The position numbers and the translations under genes were made by a program. Below the pieces are notes generated by a model that was not told the DNA's origin, made no database searches, and was given only the letters and a program-made list of their open reading frames with translations. From Camelus dromedarius (Eukaryota): a DNA stretch of 64,000 nucleotides. The stretch covers positions 96,350,001-96,414,000 of the forward strand of contig NC_087472.1 of NCBI RefSeq assembly GCF_036321535.1, written 5' to 3'. Positions within the stretch are counted from its first letter, which is position 1. Each line of letters begins with the position of its first letter. This document shows positions 38,212 through 49,960 of the stretch, piece after piece.

Positions 38212-38311
38212 GGGGGGAAAGGTATATAGCTCAGTGGTAGAGCGCATGCTTGGCATGCATGAGTTCCTGGGTTCAGTCTCCAGTACCTCCATTAAAAAAT
38301 ATATTTTTTTT
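38212..38311 (+). mobile_element. Vic-1-like SINE
   Basis: TAGCTCAGTGGTAGAGCGCATGCTTGGCATGCATGAG...; TSD AAGATCACCCT at 38197-38207 and 38312-38322. Confidence 0.88.
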
Positions 38312-39613
38312 AAGATCACCCTCTGCTTGCCTTCCTCCCCTTCCCTGTCCTGCTCTCAGCCTGCCCTTCCTTCTTAAGAAACCTGATTCCTCATTTCATT
38401 TCTGGGGACATTTACCTACAAACCTATTTTACTTATTTTTTCCTGACTTTCACTATGTGAGTGAACTTGAAAATAGCTCATTATACCATAAATAATAGCT
38501 TTGCTCAGTATCAGATTGTTCACAAGCACTTTCAGTTATATTTAAAGGAGGGGCCTGCGTGGACATCGGTCATGGAAGCTACTGTCCCGTTCCCTACCCC
38601 ACCGTTTCCGCTCCCCTTCCAGACTTGCTACGACTTCATTAGTACTTCCTGGGTTCCAGGCACTGTTCTAAGAACATCATGTGTATTATGCCATTTAATC
38701 CTCACAGCAGCCCTTCCACAGTGGCACCTTCATCATTTCCATTTTATGAGGAGGAATCAGAGCACAACGATAGTGACTGGCCCAAGGTCACACCACCAGT
38801 GGCGGAGCCAGCAATCAATCCAGGCAGTCTGGTGCTAAAAAGATCTGTGGCTGACCTGGATCTCTCCCTTCTTGGATCCATGTTGTATTGATGTATTTAC
38901 CTGCTGATTTATACTTTTGCATATCTATATATGTATTTCTTTGTTTGGCATAATTTTGACATTATGGCCTGTCTTGCTCACCATACACTTTACGGGGAAT
39001 AGATCTGGTCCCATCTCCAAAGATGGTGAGCCCCTTGAAGCTGGGACCCGCCGGCCACACACCTGCAGCTTTGCCCTCGGCCAGGCCAGGCCCCTGTGTG
39101 CACTGCGTGTTGATCCATCGTGTTCCTCACCACTTTCCTCCTGCCCAGGCCTTGGTCCTCTTTCTTCAACCACCTCCTCTGGCTACAGACCCAGGCTTTC
39201 TCCTCTTCCTCCTGGTCCATCACCATCACATACCATGACAATAGGTTGTCTAAATCTTGAAGACTATACAACCAAGTTGTGTGAACACAGGCCTAACTTG
39301 GTGACTATTAATAAAACCTAAGCCTATAGAAATCTCCTAGTCTTCTTCCCCAAATCAGGACGGATTTTGCATACTTTGCTGTGATGTCTAAGTTGGAAGC
39401 TACTTAAATTTAATTAAAGTTAATTAAATTAAAATTCAGTTCCCGAGTTTCACTAGCCACATTTCAAGTGCTCCATACCCACATGTGGCTAGTGGCTACT
39501 AAACTGGAACAGCACAGATACAAACTATTTCCATTGCCAACTGAAAATTGGCACATGCCATCTGCCTCTACAAGGAAAGATGAGCCGCCACCGTCATTAT
39601 CATCAACACACCC

Positions 39614-40455
39614 TGAAAGGAGCTCAGGGTGGAGATCAGGAATGAGATGCTCTGTGCTCTGGGGAAACTGGCAGAACAGGCCTGCAGATAGATATTTTCA
39701 GGAGATTTCATGAGCCCAATTTCTTGCATCTTCTCATATCTAGAAAAGCACTAAAATCATTGATGGTGACATCTTGAAAGAGTAGAAAACTAACAAGATG
39801 GCTCTTGAGTTGTTCAGGCCTGTACTTCTGGCTAAACTGATCGTACGACTAACAGGGTCCCCTCCCTGTGCACTCTTTTCTTAGAATAACTTCTCCTTTT
39901 ACCCTAGAGGTCTTGAAAGAAGGTCACGCACTGAACCTTAGGAAAACAGGCAGATCCTCCTCAGTTCCTCCACAACAGCAGCAAGTTCTCATCAAGATAA
40001 AGAGAACGCAACCCCCGTGAAACGCCCTGTGTTATCACCTTTTCTGTTCCATCCAGTTTTTCTACAAAACCGCAAGACCCCAACCCCAAGAGGGGCTCAC
40101 AGGCTTTAAGGCACGAGCCAGCTGTTGACTCCCTTTGCCATGCAAAGCGATAAAGCTCTTCTTTTCTATCCCCCTAAAGCTCTGCTCCCACTCTCAATGC
40201 AGCTATCGGGGTACAGAGACTGGTTTTTCGGCAACAATCTGCTCCTCGTGATTAGCAGCAACTTTCTGCCATAATGTGTGCATGAATGCATGTACCCCCC
40301 TTCACTAAAATCATATATATACTGACCTCCCCCCCACCTCTTTGGAGCAGCTCCCCAGAGCTACCTGAGGCGCTGTCTCCCAGGCCGTTGTCCTCATTTT
40401 GCCCCAGATAAAACTTAACTCAACTCTCATGTTGTGCATTTTTTTCCCTTTGACA
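39614..40455 (+). mobile_element. ERV1-class solo LTR (outer), interrupted by a second LTR
   Basis: TGAAAGGAGCTCAGG...TTTGACA termini; the sequence is continuous across the inner insertion. TSD not clearly preserved. Confidence 0.65.
39775..40236 (+). mobile_element. ERV1-class solo LTR (inner, 462 bp)
   Basis: TG...GCAACA termini with a perfect 4-bp TSD ATCT (39771-39774 and 40237-40240). Confidence 0.85.
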
Positions 40456-40585
40456 CCATCACTGCAGTAAGTCCTACTGGACTGTGAGTATTACTTTAGA
40501 GACTAACACAGCTGATTTTTCTCTTGAAGTCTAAATAAGATGATTTCTCTTTTGCCAGCTTCTGTAGACCCCTATACATTGCTAC

Positions 40586-41162
40586 TGTAAGCAGACAGGG
40601 TAAGGGGTCCCCAGAGAAAAAGAACCAGGACATAAGAGAAGCCATTTTGGCCTCAGCCATTTTGTGATCGAAGCCTGGCCACAATGCTGTAATTGAACAG
40701 ATCTCAGTAATGAATGATCTTTAAGGGAACAAAGAAATTCAGGAACAGAGAAAAGGTAGTCAAATAATAGTGCAGTGATGAAGGAGAGTCCTAGTTCCTC
40801 CTCAAGGAACATCTTTGAGTTCTGTAGGAACTAAGGCCCCTGCCCAGGTGGAGGATGGAAGGAGGATGTTGACCGTCATGACTTCACAATTCACTAAACC
40901 TGGACCAGTTTTTCTATAAAACCTCAACCTTTGCCCAAGTTCTATGCTGAATTCTCTGCTCGAGCCCCTTCATGAATATGCATGCCCCCTTAGCTTAAAA
41001 CTTCCCCAATTTTGTTTCTCAGGGAGATGCTGCTTTGGGAACGATCCCTGGTGTTCTCCTTACCTGCATCGAGTAACCACTTCTTCCTTCCCCTGATCTT
41101 TGGCTTGGTTGTGTCCTTTGGCTCCACACCCACCAAGAGGGGAACACAGTTTTCAGGTAATA
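40586..41162 (+). mobile_element. ERV1-class solo LTR
   Basis: TGTAAGCAGACAGG...TTCAGGTAATA (decayed CA end), approximate TSD CTAC/CCAC, AGTAAA polyA-like signal at about 41071. Confidence 0.65.
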
Positions 41163-43450
41163 CCACTAAAATCCCATTAATGTCCATCCTCACTTACAGG
41201 GTTAGTAATATGCTGCCCGAGATGTAGGCGGGAGGATGGGGGTGAGGGTAACCTCTTCCCTGATCCCCCAGGTCCCAGAGAATGTTGGCAGCACCCGGAG
41301 TTTTGCAGGCTGCAGCCTTGCTTCTTCATTTAGGGGCCCTTTCTTGTGCCTCCAGCACATTCAAGCACATTCCCTCTTGTTTGCCAGCCCCACCTCCCCA
41401 GAGTCTTCAGTCCTCAAAAGGCACGGGAAGGCAAAGGGTTTTTGAACACAAAACTACACAATACATTTTTCCCCTTTGATTGTTGAAATCTCTGGCTAAA
41501 AACCAAATGGGAGCCAAAAAAAACCAAATGGGGGCCTTATCTGCATCCATCTCCAGGGCTACAGAGGGATCCAGAGATTGTTCATATTTTAATGCAATGG
41601 CTTATAACTAATACAGCTGACATGCTTTAACTGTTTGGATTCTCTGTCTTTAGGCAGCAGAATGACATCAGCAGTTGTGTCAACCCCACTCTTAAAATCA
41701 ATTAAACTCCTGAACACTTGAGTTGTCAGTTCCTGCCAATATATCAGCTCCATCTGGCAGGGAAGAGCTGGAGTCATAAATACCCCAACCTCTCTCCCTG
41801 CCTCCACTCTCCTGCCAGTGTCCCCACTGGGTGGGTCCAAGCAGAAGTAGCCATCCTTCAGATGGGATCTAGAGGGACAAATGGGGAAAATCCAGCTCAG
41901 GAGTTCAACCTATTTTCCAAGCTATGATCTGGAGGTCCTGAAGACCTCGAGGTCACACATACACACAGCAGAGCCACTGCCTGGAGCTTGTCTCTGTCCA
42001 GCACCTCAGCCCTCTTTTCTTCCAGTAACAGAAGCCCCTCTGCCTTTCTCCCACTTGTGCAGTTCTCTATCCCCATGCCATGGCAAGGTGGCATGTCATC
42101 AAGGTCTGGCCAGTCATAGACTCCTCTCTCCCCAGCCACTGGAGGTTAGACGATGAGCCAAGTGGAGCCCAATGGGATTCCTCCCTGGAGTTTTCTCTCT
42201 TCCTCCTGTCCTTTCTTGCTTCCTTCCTATCATCTGTCCATCCATCTATGGATAGTAGAAAATAGAAGCTCTCATCTCTGCGGTCAACTAAGCTGGGATG
42301 GTAAGAGCTCTGCCTTCTCCCCCCACTACATGGAAGAATATCTAGGAGATCAAGAGATCATCGTAAAGAGGAACACAGAGTGGAGAGGGAAGAGGGGGCG
42401 GCAGAGAGCCCTTATGACGTCATTTGACTTCTTAGCGTCCCTGAGACACCTCTATCTCCGGATATGCCAGTTGCCTGAGACAGTAAATCCCTCTTTTTGC
42501 TCAAGCTGGCTTGAATTGGATTTCTATTACTTGCACTAGACATGGTGTAGCATAGAAGTCCCGACTAACAGAAGACGACACTCAGGCACACACCAACCTA
42601 CCCTAGCCTCTTCACCGTAGTCACCCCACGCTCTTCCGCTCTTCCTTATAAACTGCATTCACAGAAATCTGTAATCTCATCAACCCCCACGGAAACGCAA
42701 AAATCACTGTGTTATTTTAGTGTGATGTCTAAGAGGAAACGTCTTTAAATTAAAAAAAAAAAATTAGATCAGTATGCTATTAAAGATTGCATTATAACTT
42801 CCACTTTAATATATTCTTTAGTAATACTCATAATATCTAAGGACAAAGTTTGACTTTTCCCCATTTAACAAGTGATGCATGCTGTTTTATTTTAAATTAA
42901 GTATGCAAGAAAGAGCCTGGTTTATCTACAAATTTAAAATGACATAATAATATTGTGTTTGGGGACCAAATGTGTATTAATATGTAGATTGAAATTTAAC
43001 TATGTGTTACAACCCTCCAAACCGCTTCTGTGACCTGATATTTGGAATTCTTGAATTTTGCACTTTAAAAAAATCAATTACTTTATTATTATAATTTTCA
43101 TGTTTTGTTTCTAAAAGAGGAGATGTGAGCACTTTCTGGCTGCTATTTGCAAGTACTTCTCCAGAAATAACACACTGTGGGTTTGGATCATTTTATTAGC
43201 AATAAAGGAAAAGTGAAATTGGATAAAATTTTAACTTTTGTTCTGAAGAACTAGAGATATCTTGATGTATTAAGAAATGACATGAATATACCTTACAGGT
43301 CTGAGGTCAAAATTCAGAATGATTGTGTTTCTGTCCCTCATTAGCTCATTCATTCTATTTTTTTAAACCATTTTAACTGTTTTTAAGTGTACAGTTCAGT
43401 AGCTCATTTCTGTTCACTAAATCAGTATTCTTGAGACCTCCCCTCTTTTT

Positions 43451-43515
43451 TTTAACATTTTTTATTGATTTATAATCATTTTACAATGTTGTGTCAAATT
43501 CCAGTGTTCAGCACA
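43451..43515 (-). mobile_element. 65-bp L1 3'-end insertion with perfect 15-bp TSD
   Basis: ACCTCCCCTCTTTTT at 43436-43450 and 43516-43530. The insert's reverse complement resembles the L1 end at about 32160-32220. Confidence 0.85.
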
Positions 43516-46251
43516 ACCTCCCCTCTTTTTAACCAATGGTCCACTGTGTTAAAAAATTAAATAAAAATAATTTTAAAAATAAACCAAAAAAACTGAAAGC
43601 TGTAAAATGGTGAGAACCACCAACATAGCAGGTGAAGCAGTCAGCTGGCTGACGCTGGAACAGGCCCAGCGGATCTCTACCTACTGCCCCAAGCACCTTA
43701 GTCCGTTTGGAGGCCTTTGTAATTGAAATTAGAACAGACTCTGCTTAAAAATCATGACCTCAGAACACTTTCACAAATCTCTGGGCAATCTTCATACCAA
43801 AACTTAGAAATCTTGGATTCATATGCTGATCCCACCTCTTGCTAGTTCTGTGACCCTGAGCAAATGATTTCCTTTCTCTTTTCCAGTTTGTATGTATATA
43901 ATTATATACATATTTAAAACATACCCAGTGAGCTAGACCACAGTCTGGACACACCACAGTCAGATGCAAAGACATTGCTTTCACTTCAATTTACTATCAA
44001 ACCAGCTAATGGTTAAAAGCCGCACAAAGGATAAATGTGATAATGATCCCAATGAATGAACAGATGTAGCTTGCCAAAGTAGCCCTAAGAAAGTAAGCAG
44101 TCCATAGGGTCAGAGGAACAAAAAGTCCAAACTCTGTATCATAGAGCTGGCATTCATGAGAAATACACATTCTTGGGCCCCAGCCCAGGCCTACTGAGCC
44201 AGGAATTTTAGGCTCAGCAATATGTGTTTTAACAAGCCCTGCAGGAGATTCTGATGCAGAACCCACACCACAGTATGAGGCAATTCCTTCTGGCACCAGT
44301 TTGCCTTTCATGTTCTCATTTCTCTCATGGGCCTGCTTACCACCCAGAGTTACTATGAGCATAAAATCCTGTGTGGACTTGGAAACGCTCCGTTTTCTGC
44401 AAAGCCCTGTACAAACATAAAGGATTTGTTTCCGGAGAAGCTAGGTAGAAAATTTAACTACTGGTTCTGCCCACATCCTAAGTGATCAGCCCTGCTAATA
44501 GGCACAGGGTTGGACCACCCCTTTTCCTGTGATCTTTGGGGATCCCCTGCATTTTTACACACAAAGGAAGAAGAGATGGCATGTCAAGAGCCTGCCAGCC
44601 TAGACTATCTGCCTGGGGACCTGGCTCCAGTAACATCTTCCTGGTTTGCTTTAAGCAGCACTGTCCAACAGAGCTTCCTCTGATGATGGAAGTGGCCTCC
44701 AATTTGCACTCATCCGCACTGCCCAATACAGCAGCCACTAACCACATGTAGCATTTGGCAATACAGCTAGTGGGAGTGGGTAATTGCACTGTACATTTTA
44801 TTTAATTTTAATTAATTTACATTTAAATAGCCACATATAAGACATAGTTACACTAAAAAATTATTTGTTGTTTACCTGAAATTCAAATTTAATTGTGTCC
44901 TGTGTTTTTATTTGTTCAACCTGGCAACCCTAGTTACAGATTCTGTTACATTGACCTTGCCTCCTCCAATAGAAAGTTTGATCGAAAGGCTCTCTACCCA
45001 TGACCAGAGGAAGCAGACTTGACCTTATCCTGGCCAGAAAAGGCACTTGGCTGATGTCTTTTTTGAAGACAACTTTCAGAGGAATAATGGCCAGGAAAAT
45101 CAATATAACTGATGACTAAAAAGAGACATTTTTACCATCATTCAGAGAGTTATACTCATTTCTCTGCAACTGAATCCATCCTCCATAGACAGGCTGTGAT
45201 GGGAAATGGGAGGTAGTTCAGAGAGCTTAGTTTAGTTGAGGATAATTCTGGGTTTAGAGCATGGTCCTAGGTACTAGGACTCTAGCTGGGGGAAATTGTA
45301 TCTGTGGGGTCCCACTACTGATTAATAAAGCAAACTTTCCCCCTTTAATTGCCTAACCCCTTTATTACCTCAGTGACTGACTATTGGGAAAAACAACACC
45401 CGAATTCTTCTCTTATGACTATATTTATGCTTTGCTTTGAAAACAAAACAAAAAGTATAGCAACTAGAACACTGCCAGTTCTTACGGAGACTTGATAATA
45501 TTTTCCCAGCTATAATTTCAAGATGTGATCAAATAGAGGCGCCTTTATATCTCCATTCACTGTAAGCCTAACTCTTGGCCAATAACAATCTCCTCTTTGG
45601 CACTGATAAGAAACCAGTTCTTGAGGCCTCCAAGTTCATCCTAGATATAATACAGTATTATTTTACAGTTACTTATTAAGCAGATATTTAACACTATCAT
45701 TTTTAACTGGAGAAAGGGATTTAGAAATTGGCACCCCTTTCCCAGGAAGAGCAAAGAAAGCACGCGTGGTACTTTTACGCAGTAACTGGCATTCCAGAAG
45801 GCAGGTTGATTCTTATAAAACTGAGGCCCTCTTGTTTCTAAGAATGTCCAAGCCAAAGAGTAGTGATTGTAGTTTTCCTCTTTCAAAAGGTTTTAATGTA
45901 ACAAACATAGCCAGCAGGTTTAAAAACGAACCTTAAAAACATTGTGTCTAGACCATCACCTTCGATATTTTCCTATTTTCTCTATTGCTTAAAATACTCA
46001 AATGGATATAAATTTAGCTTTGGAGATCTGGCAGCCCAGGAACCAATGGGTCCCTAGCAGGAGATTATTAGGTGATGCAATAGCTCTCCTTTCCCGCCTC
46101 CCCCTCCCGCAGGGTCCTTCTCTGTCTAAACCCATTTCACTGAGAAAAGGTATTGGGCTTGGGAGACCAAAACCTGTCATGCTCCTTTTTCCTTCTTCAG
46201 AAGTAGAGACCCCTTCTCACTGGCATATTCAGAACTTTTCCCCATAGAGTA

Positions 46252-46385
46252 GAGCGGTGGTTCTCCAAGCGCAGTCCCAGGACCAGAAGCATCAGCACCA
46301 CCTGGGAACTTGTTAGAGATGCACCTTCTCAGGCCTCGCCCCCTCCTCCCAGTGATTCTAGCGCACACTAAAGTTTGGGAAATGA
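46252..46385. mobile_element. MER5A-type MITE (internally deleted)
   Basis: AGCGGTGGTTCTCCAAG...AGCATCAGCACCACCTGGGAACTTGTTAGAGATGCA...AAGTTTGGGAA. Confidence 0.7.
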
Positions 46386-47096
46386 TGAGATAAGAGTATT
46401 GCCTGCTATTGAGCTGATTCTGTGACTTGGCTTTGTTCTGAGAGGCCAGACAGCTACCACGGGTCTGCCCACACAGCCCCATGAGTAGTTTATAAGCCCA
46501 TGAACATTAGTTCTTGGTCAGTCTGCCTTATTCTCCAAAATGTATTAAAAATGATAAACGCCACTTACAGTATTACTCTATAGATCTAAATCTGTGTTTC
46601 TCAAGAGGATTCATCTGCGGGAGAGGGTCACAACAGGCTGTGCGGATGGGAAGGCAAGCGGGGAGACACGGATTTCAAAATGCCTCCTTTCCCCTTGAGG
46701 GTGGTAGACGAGGGAGTGTTTTTTAAAATCAAGTTGGTAGAGCAGTTCGTCAAGATTTGGATCTGCGGAGCATAAAGGCCCATTTTCACAGTCCACCCAC
46801 TGTAGCTTACCACTGGGGAGAAGTTTAAGCTCTCAATCTTTAACTTAAAAGATTAATGCTAATTTAGCTTCTCATACTATGGGTGTGGACCTAGGGGTAT
46901 ATTTCAAGTACAATGGGTATGAAAGAAAGGTTTCATTTCCAAGCTCTCCCCTCCAGTCCCTCCTTCACATTCCTGCCACACAAACCATGCTAAACCACAG
47001 CTCCAGTCACAGCATTTCCCCCCAGTCGTGGCTCTCCAATATTTACTAAGTAAACTTGGATTTCTCACCTGGCATTCAAGACTCAAACTGTAGCTA

Positions 47097-47176
47097 TTAG
47101 GTTGAGCCATATGAAACTGCCATTTTAATTGGGTTAAAATGGTCAAATGTCAGAAATTTCATATGGTTCAACCTAA
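47097..47176. mobile_element. MADE2 80-bp MITE
   Basis: TTAGGTTGAGCCATATGAAA...TTTCATATGGTTCAACCTAA near-perfect inverted ends, preceded by TA. Confidence 0.85.
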
Positions 47177-48173
47177 CATAATCTACCACTTAATTAATTT
47201 GTTAAACTTCTCTACCGCCATTTTCTTTCTCATATTGTAAGATTTAAGCTTCTCGGAATTTTAATACTTAATCTCGAAACTGCCAGCTCCAACTGTTGGT
47301 GAGACAGCTCAGAAAGATAACAATGTTCCCTTTCCCCTTACAGATACAGAGAAGCAGACACCATTGGGTGGCACGAAGCCAGTTCCATGTCAAAAAACTA
47401 GAACTGGGAAAAATGTCTCAAGGATCTGTCCCACTCTCCTGGCCAGTGTGGAGGTTTGAGTGAAAGGCCATGGTCCTGTTTTATTTTCTGTTATTATAAA
47501 ACTGTCCTTGGAAGTGTTATTTGTAAAGAAACCTATTTCTTAAGACACTTGAATATCAGAATTTGTTGCTATGTCTTGTAAAATGGAACCTGTAACACCT
47601 AAAGGTCTGCAACCATGATTGGTCATCTTATTTAATGATGTGTTGTTCTGGTAATAATAATAATACTTAAATTGCCAATTCTGTTTTCTGTAAAGGAAAA
47701 AATAAATCTATCAAATTTCTTTGTTAAGTGGAAGAAGAGCTTTGGCATTTCTCTCTCTCCCTTTACACACCAAAGCGTTCTAAGTCCTGTTGTGACTCTG
47801 TTGGATTCCTATTCAAACAGTGGAGTCTTTGTTTTCACTTAAATTCACAAGAAGATCCAGGACGTGGAGCCAACCTGCTGATTCAGCCTTATCCCTCCCT
47901 TCCGCTCTGCCCACACACCATGCTATGTAGATAGCTCCTCTTCTGCACACATCAATCAGCCTCCTTTGCTACCACTGTTCTCTGCTTAGAACACCCTCTT
48001 CCCACACCCATCTCAACCTATCAATATCCAAGCCAAGACCTATCCAAAGGTCACCCCCTTTGGGAGGCCTTTCCCAGTTCCAACCAGTAAGATTTATCTT
48101 GAACAGTGTTTGCCACAGTCTCCTTGATTTATAGTCACAGGTGTATTTCCCTTCTCTCTCTGAGCAGACTTTA

Positions 48174-48322
48174 TTTTTCTTCCAGTTTTATTGAGCTATA
48201 ATTGTCATTTAACATTGTATCAGTTTTAGATGGACAAAATAATGATGTGATGTATGTGTATGTCGTGAAATGATTCCCACAATAAGTTTAGATAGTATCA
48301 CCTCACATAGTTATAATGTTCT
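48174..48322 (-). mobile_element. L1MA-type 3' end with 17-bp TSD
   Basis: TCTCTGAGCAG(A/G)CTTTA at 48157-48173 and 48323-48339. Confidence 0.8.
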
Positions 48323-48869
48323 TCTCTGAGCAGGCTTTAATCCCACTGAAGACAGAGAATGACCCTTCCTCCTCCTCCAAGTACCTGGCAAAAGGCCTTG
48401 CCAGTAAGCACACCCTCAATAATAAAAAGACAACACAGAAGTCTCCCAGAACCAACGGTAAGGGACATCTTGATCTAACTGACCTCTAAAACCAAACCAG
48501 TCTTCTTCCCCACTGTGGGAAGTCAACTCCTCACATACCTTGAAGATTCTAGGACCTCATTCAATGTCACTCTCCAACACGCCATAAGAATTCTCAGTGA
48601 TTTCAGTATCCACACAGCTGCTCCTTCCAATAGCCTGGCCTTTTGGCTCCTTGGCCTCCTCTCTTCCAATGTCTGTGTTCACCACCTACCACAGGCAGCC
48701 ACTCACGTGGTTTTACCCCTGACTTCATCATTACCAACAACCACTGGCCTCCAAATCTTCAAATGTCCCACTCTTCATACAAAGCCAAAAAAATGATTTC
48801 AAAATAACCCTGGTTTGAAGAGGCATAGCCCTAAATAACACTTCCCAAAGCCATTCCCCCCTCCTCCAC

Positions 48870-49273
48870 CTCTTACTTCCAGTAGAAGTTACAGCGCTTC
48901 GTACACGAGCCGCTTCGAGCCCAGGAGTACTTGCTGGGGGGGTGGCGGGCGGGAGGCATGGGGGGATTTGTTTCAAAGCTGCGTTTGCACAACACTTTAC
49001 CCAATTCTGAGAGAACGTCACTTTTCCATATCAAAGAATGCCCGCCTGTAGTGAGTATAGGGGTGGAGGGCTAACACTTCCCAAGCTGTCCCCCACCCTC
49101 CCCAAAGATTTCTTATTCAAGTCTTAACAGTAAACTCTTCAGAAGACTCACTCAAAACAGTCCTTCAAAAAAATGGTTTCACCAGCCATAGGCCTCTGCC
49201 CTTTCCTTTTGGAAAATGGGAGGGCAAAGTCAGAGCTTTTAAAAATAAACAAGAATGAGAGGAGGCTGGGAAG

Positions 49274-49316
<43 letters not shown>

Positions 49317-49960
49317 CGCGTGCATATGCAATGGGACATTTCCTGTTGTCCCAGAGACGCTAAAGCTCAAAGCTGGAAAGAAAAACCATCAGATGCTTCC
49401 ACACCCGGAGGAAAGCCTCCAATCAGCGAGCAGACGTGTCCTCTCGGAGAGAGTTAAGGAATGGCACAACTGGCCCTGCTACAACTGGGACGGTTCCCTT
49501 CAACCTCCGCGCACCACCCTGAGTAAATACGGGAGGGCCGGAAAGGTGAGGGAGGAGGGCTGAGCGTCCCGGGGGAGAGGGTGCTTTCTCTTGGGGAAAG
49601 GGGAGGGAAGAGGAGGAGTGCGGGTGCCCCCTGCTCCCCCAAGCCGAGACTTGTAAAAGAGAACCCCAAGAAAGCTAGCTGCTCGAGGAGAGGGGAAGGT
49701 CTGCACGAAGGTGAAGCGGGCATCCAGTTCCGCGCCTGAACTCTGCTGAGCTGCACGGATCCGCCGGCCCACCCTGCAGCCTTGGGAGCTGCTGGGGAGG
49801 GAATTCTTGTGAGTTTAACAAATACTCTCGGCGCTGTGTGTTGTGTGTGAACCTGGAGTCTGGTGCCCCCTTGTGGTCAAGAGATACCTGAGCGTGAGAG
49901 GCTCGAGAGATCTTGAGGGGGTAGTCTGCCTGGAAAGAAAACGGGAACATCGCGCCCCCC
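48870..49960. promoter_or_regulatory. CpG-enriched region, candidate promoter or first exons of an unidentified gene
   Basis: Local CpG enrichment, no recognisable transposon, a central (TG)n(CG)n tract, and minus-strand donors TGA|GTGAGT (49152/49151) and GAA|GTAAGA (48877/48876). Confidence 0.45.
49275..49330. repeat. (TG)17(CG)6 TGCATATGCA alternating purine-pyrimidine microsatellite
   Basis: Read directly: 56 nt of unbroken purine/pyrimidine alternation. Confidence 0.95.

Noticed and set aside
38212..38291. tRNA gene-like sequences (also at 3500, 20393, 34496)
   Set aside because: A-rich tails, TSDs on three of the four copies, and mutual divergence show they are SINEs rather than tRNA genes.
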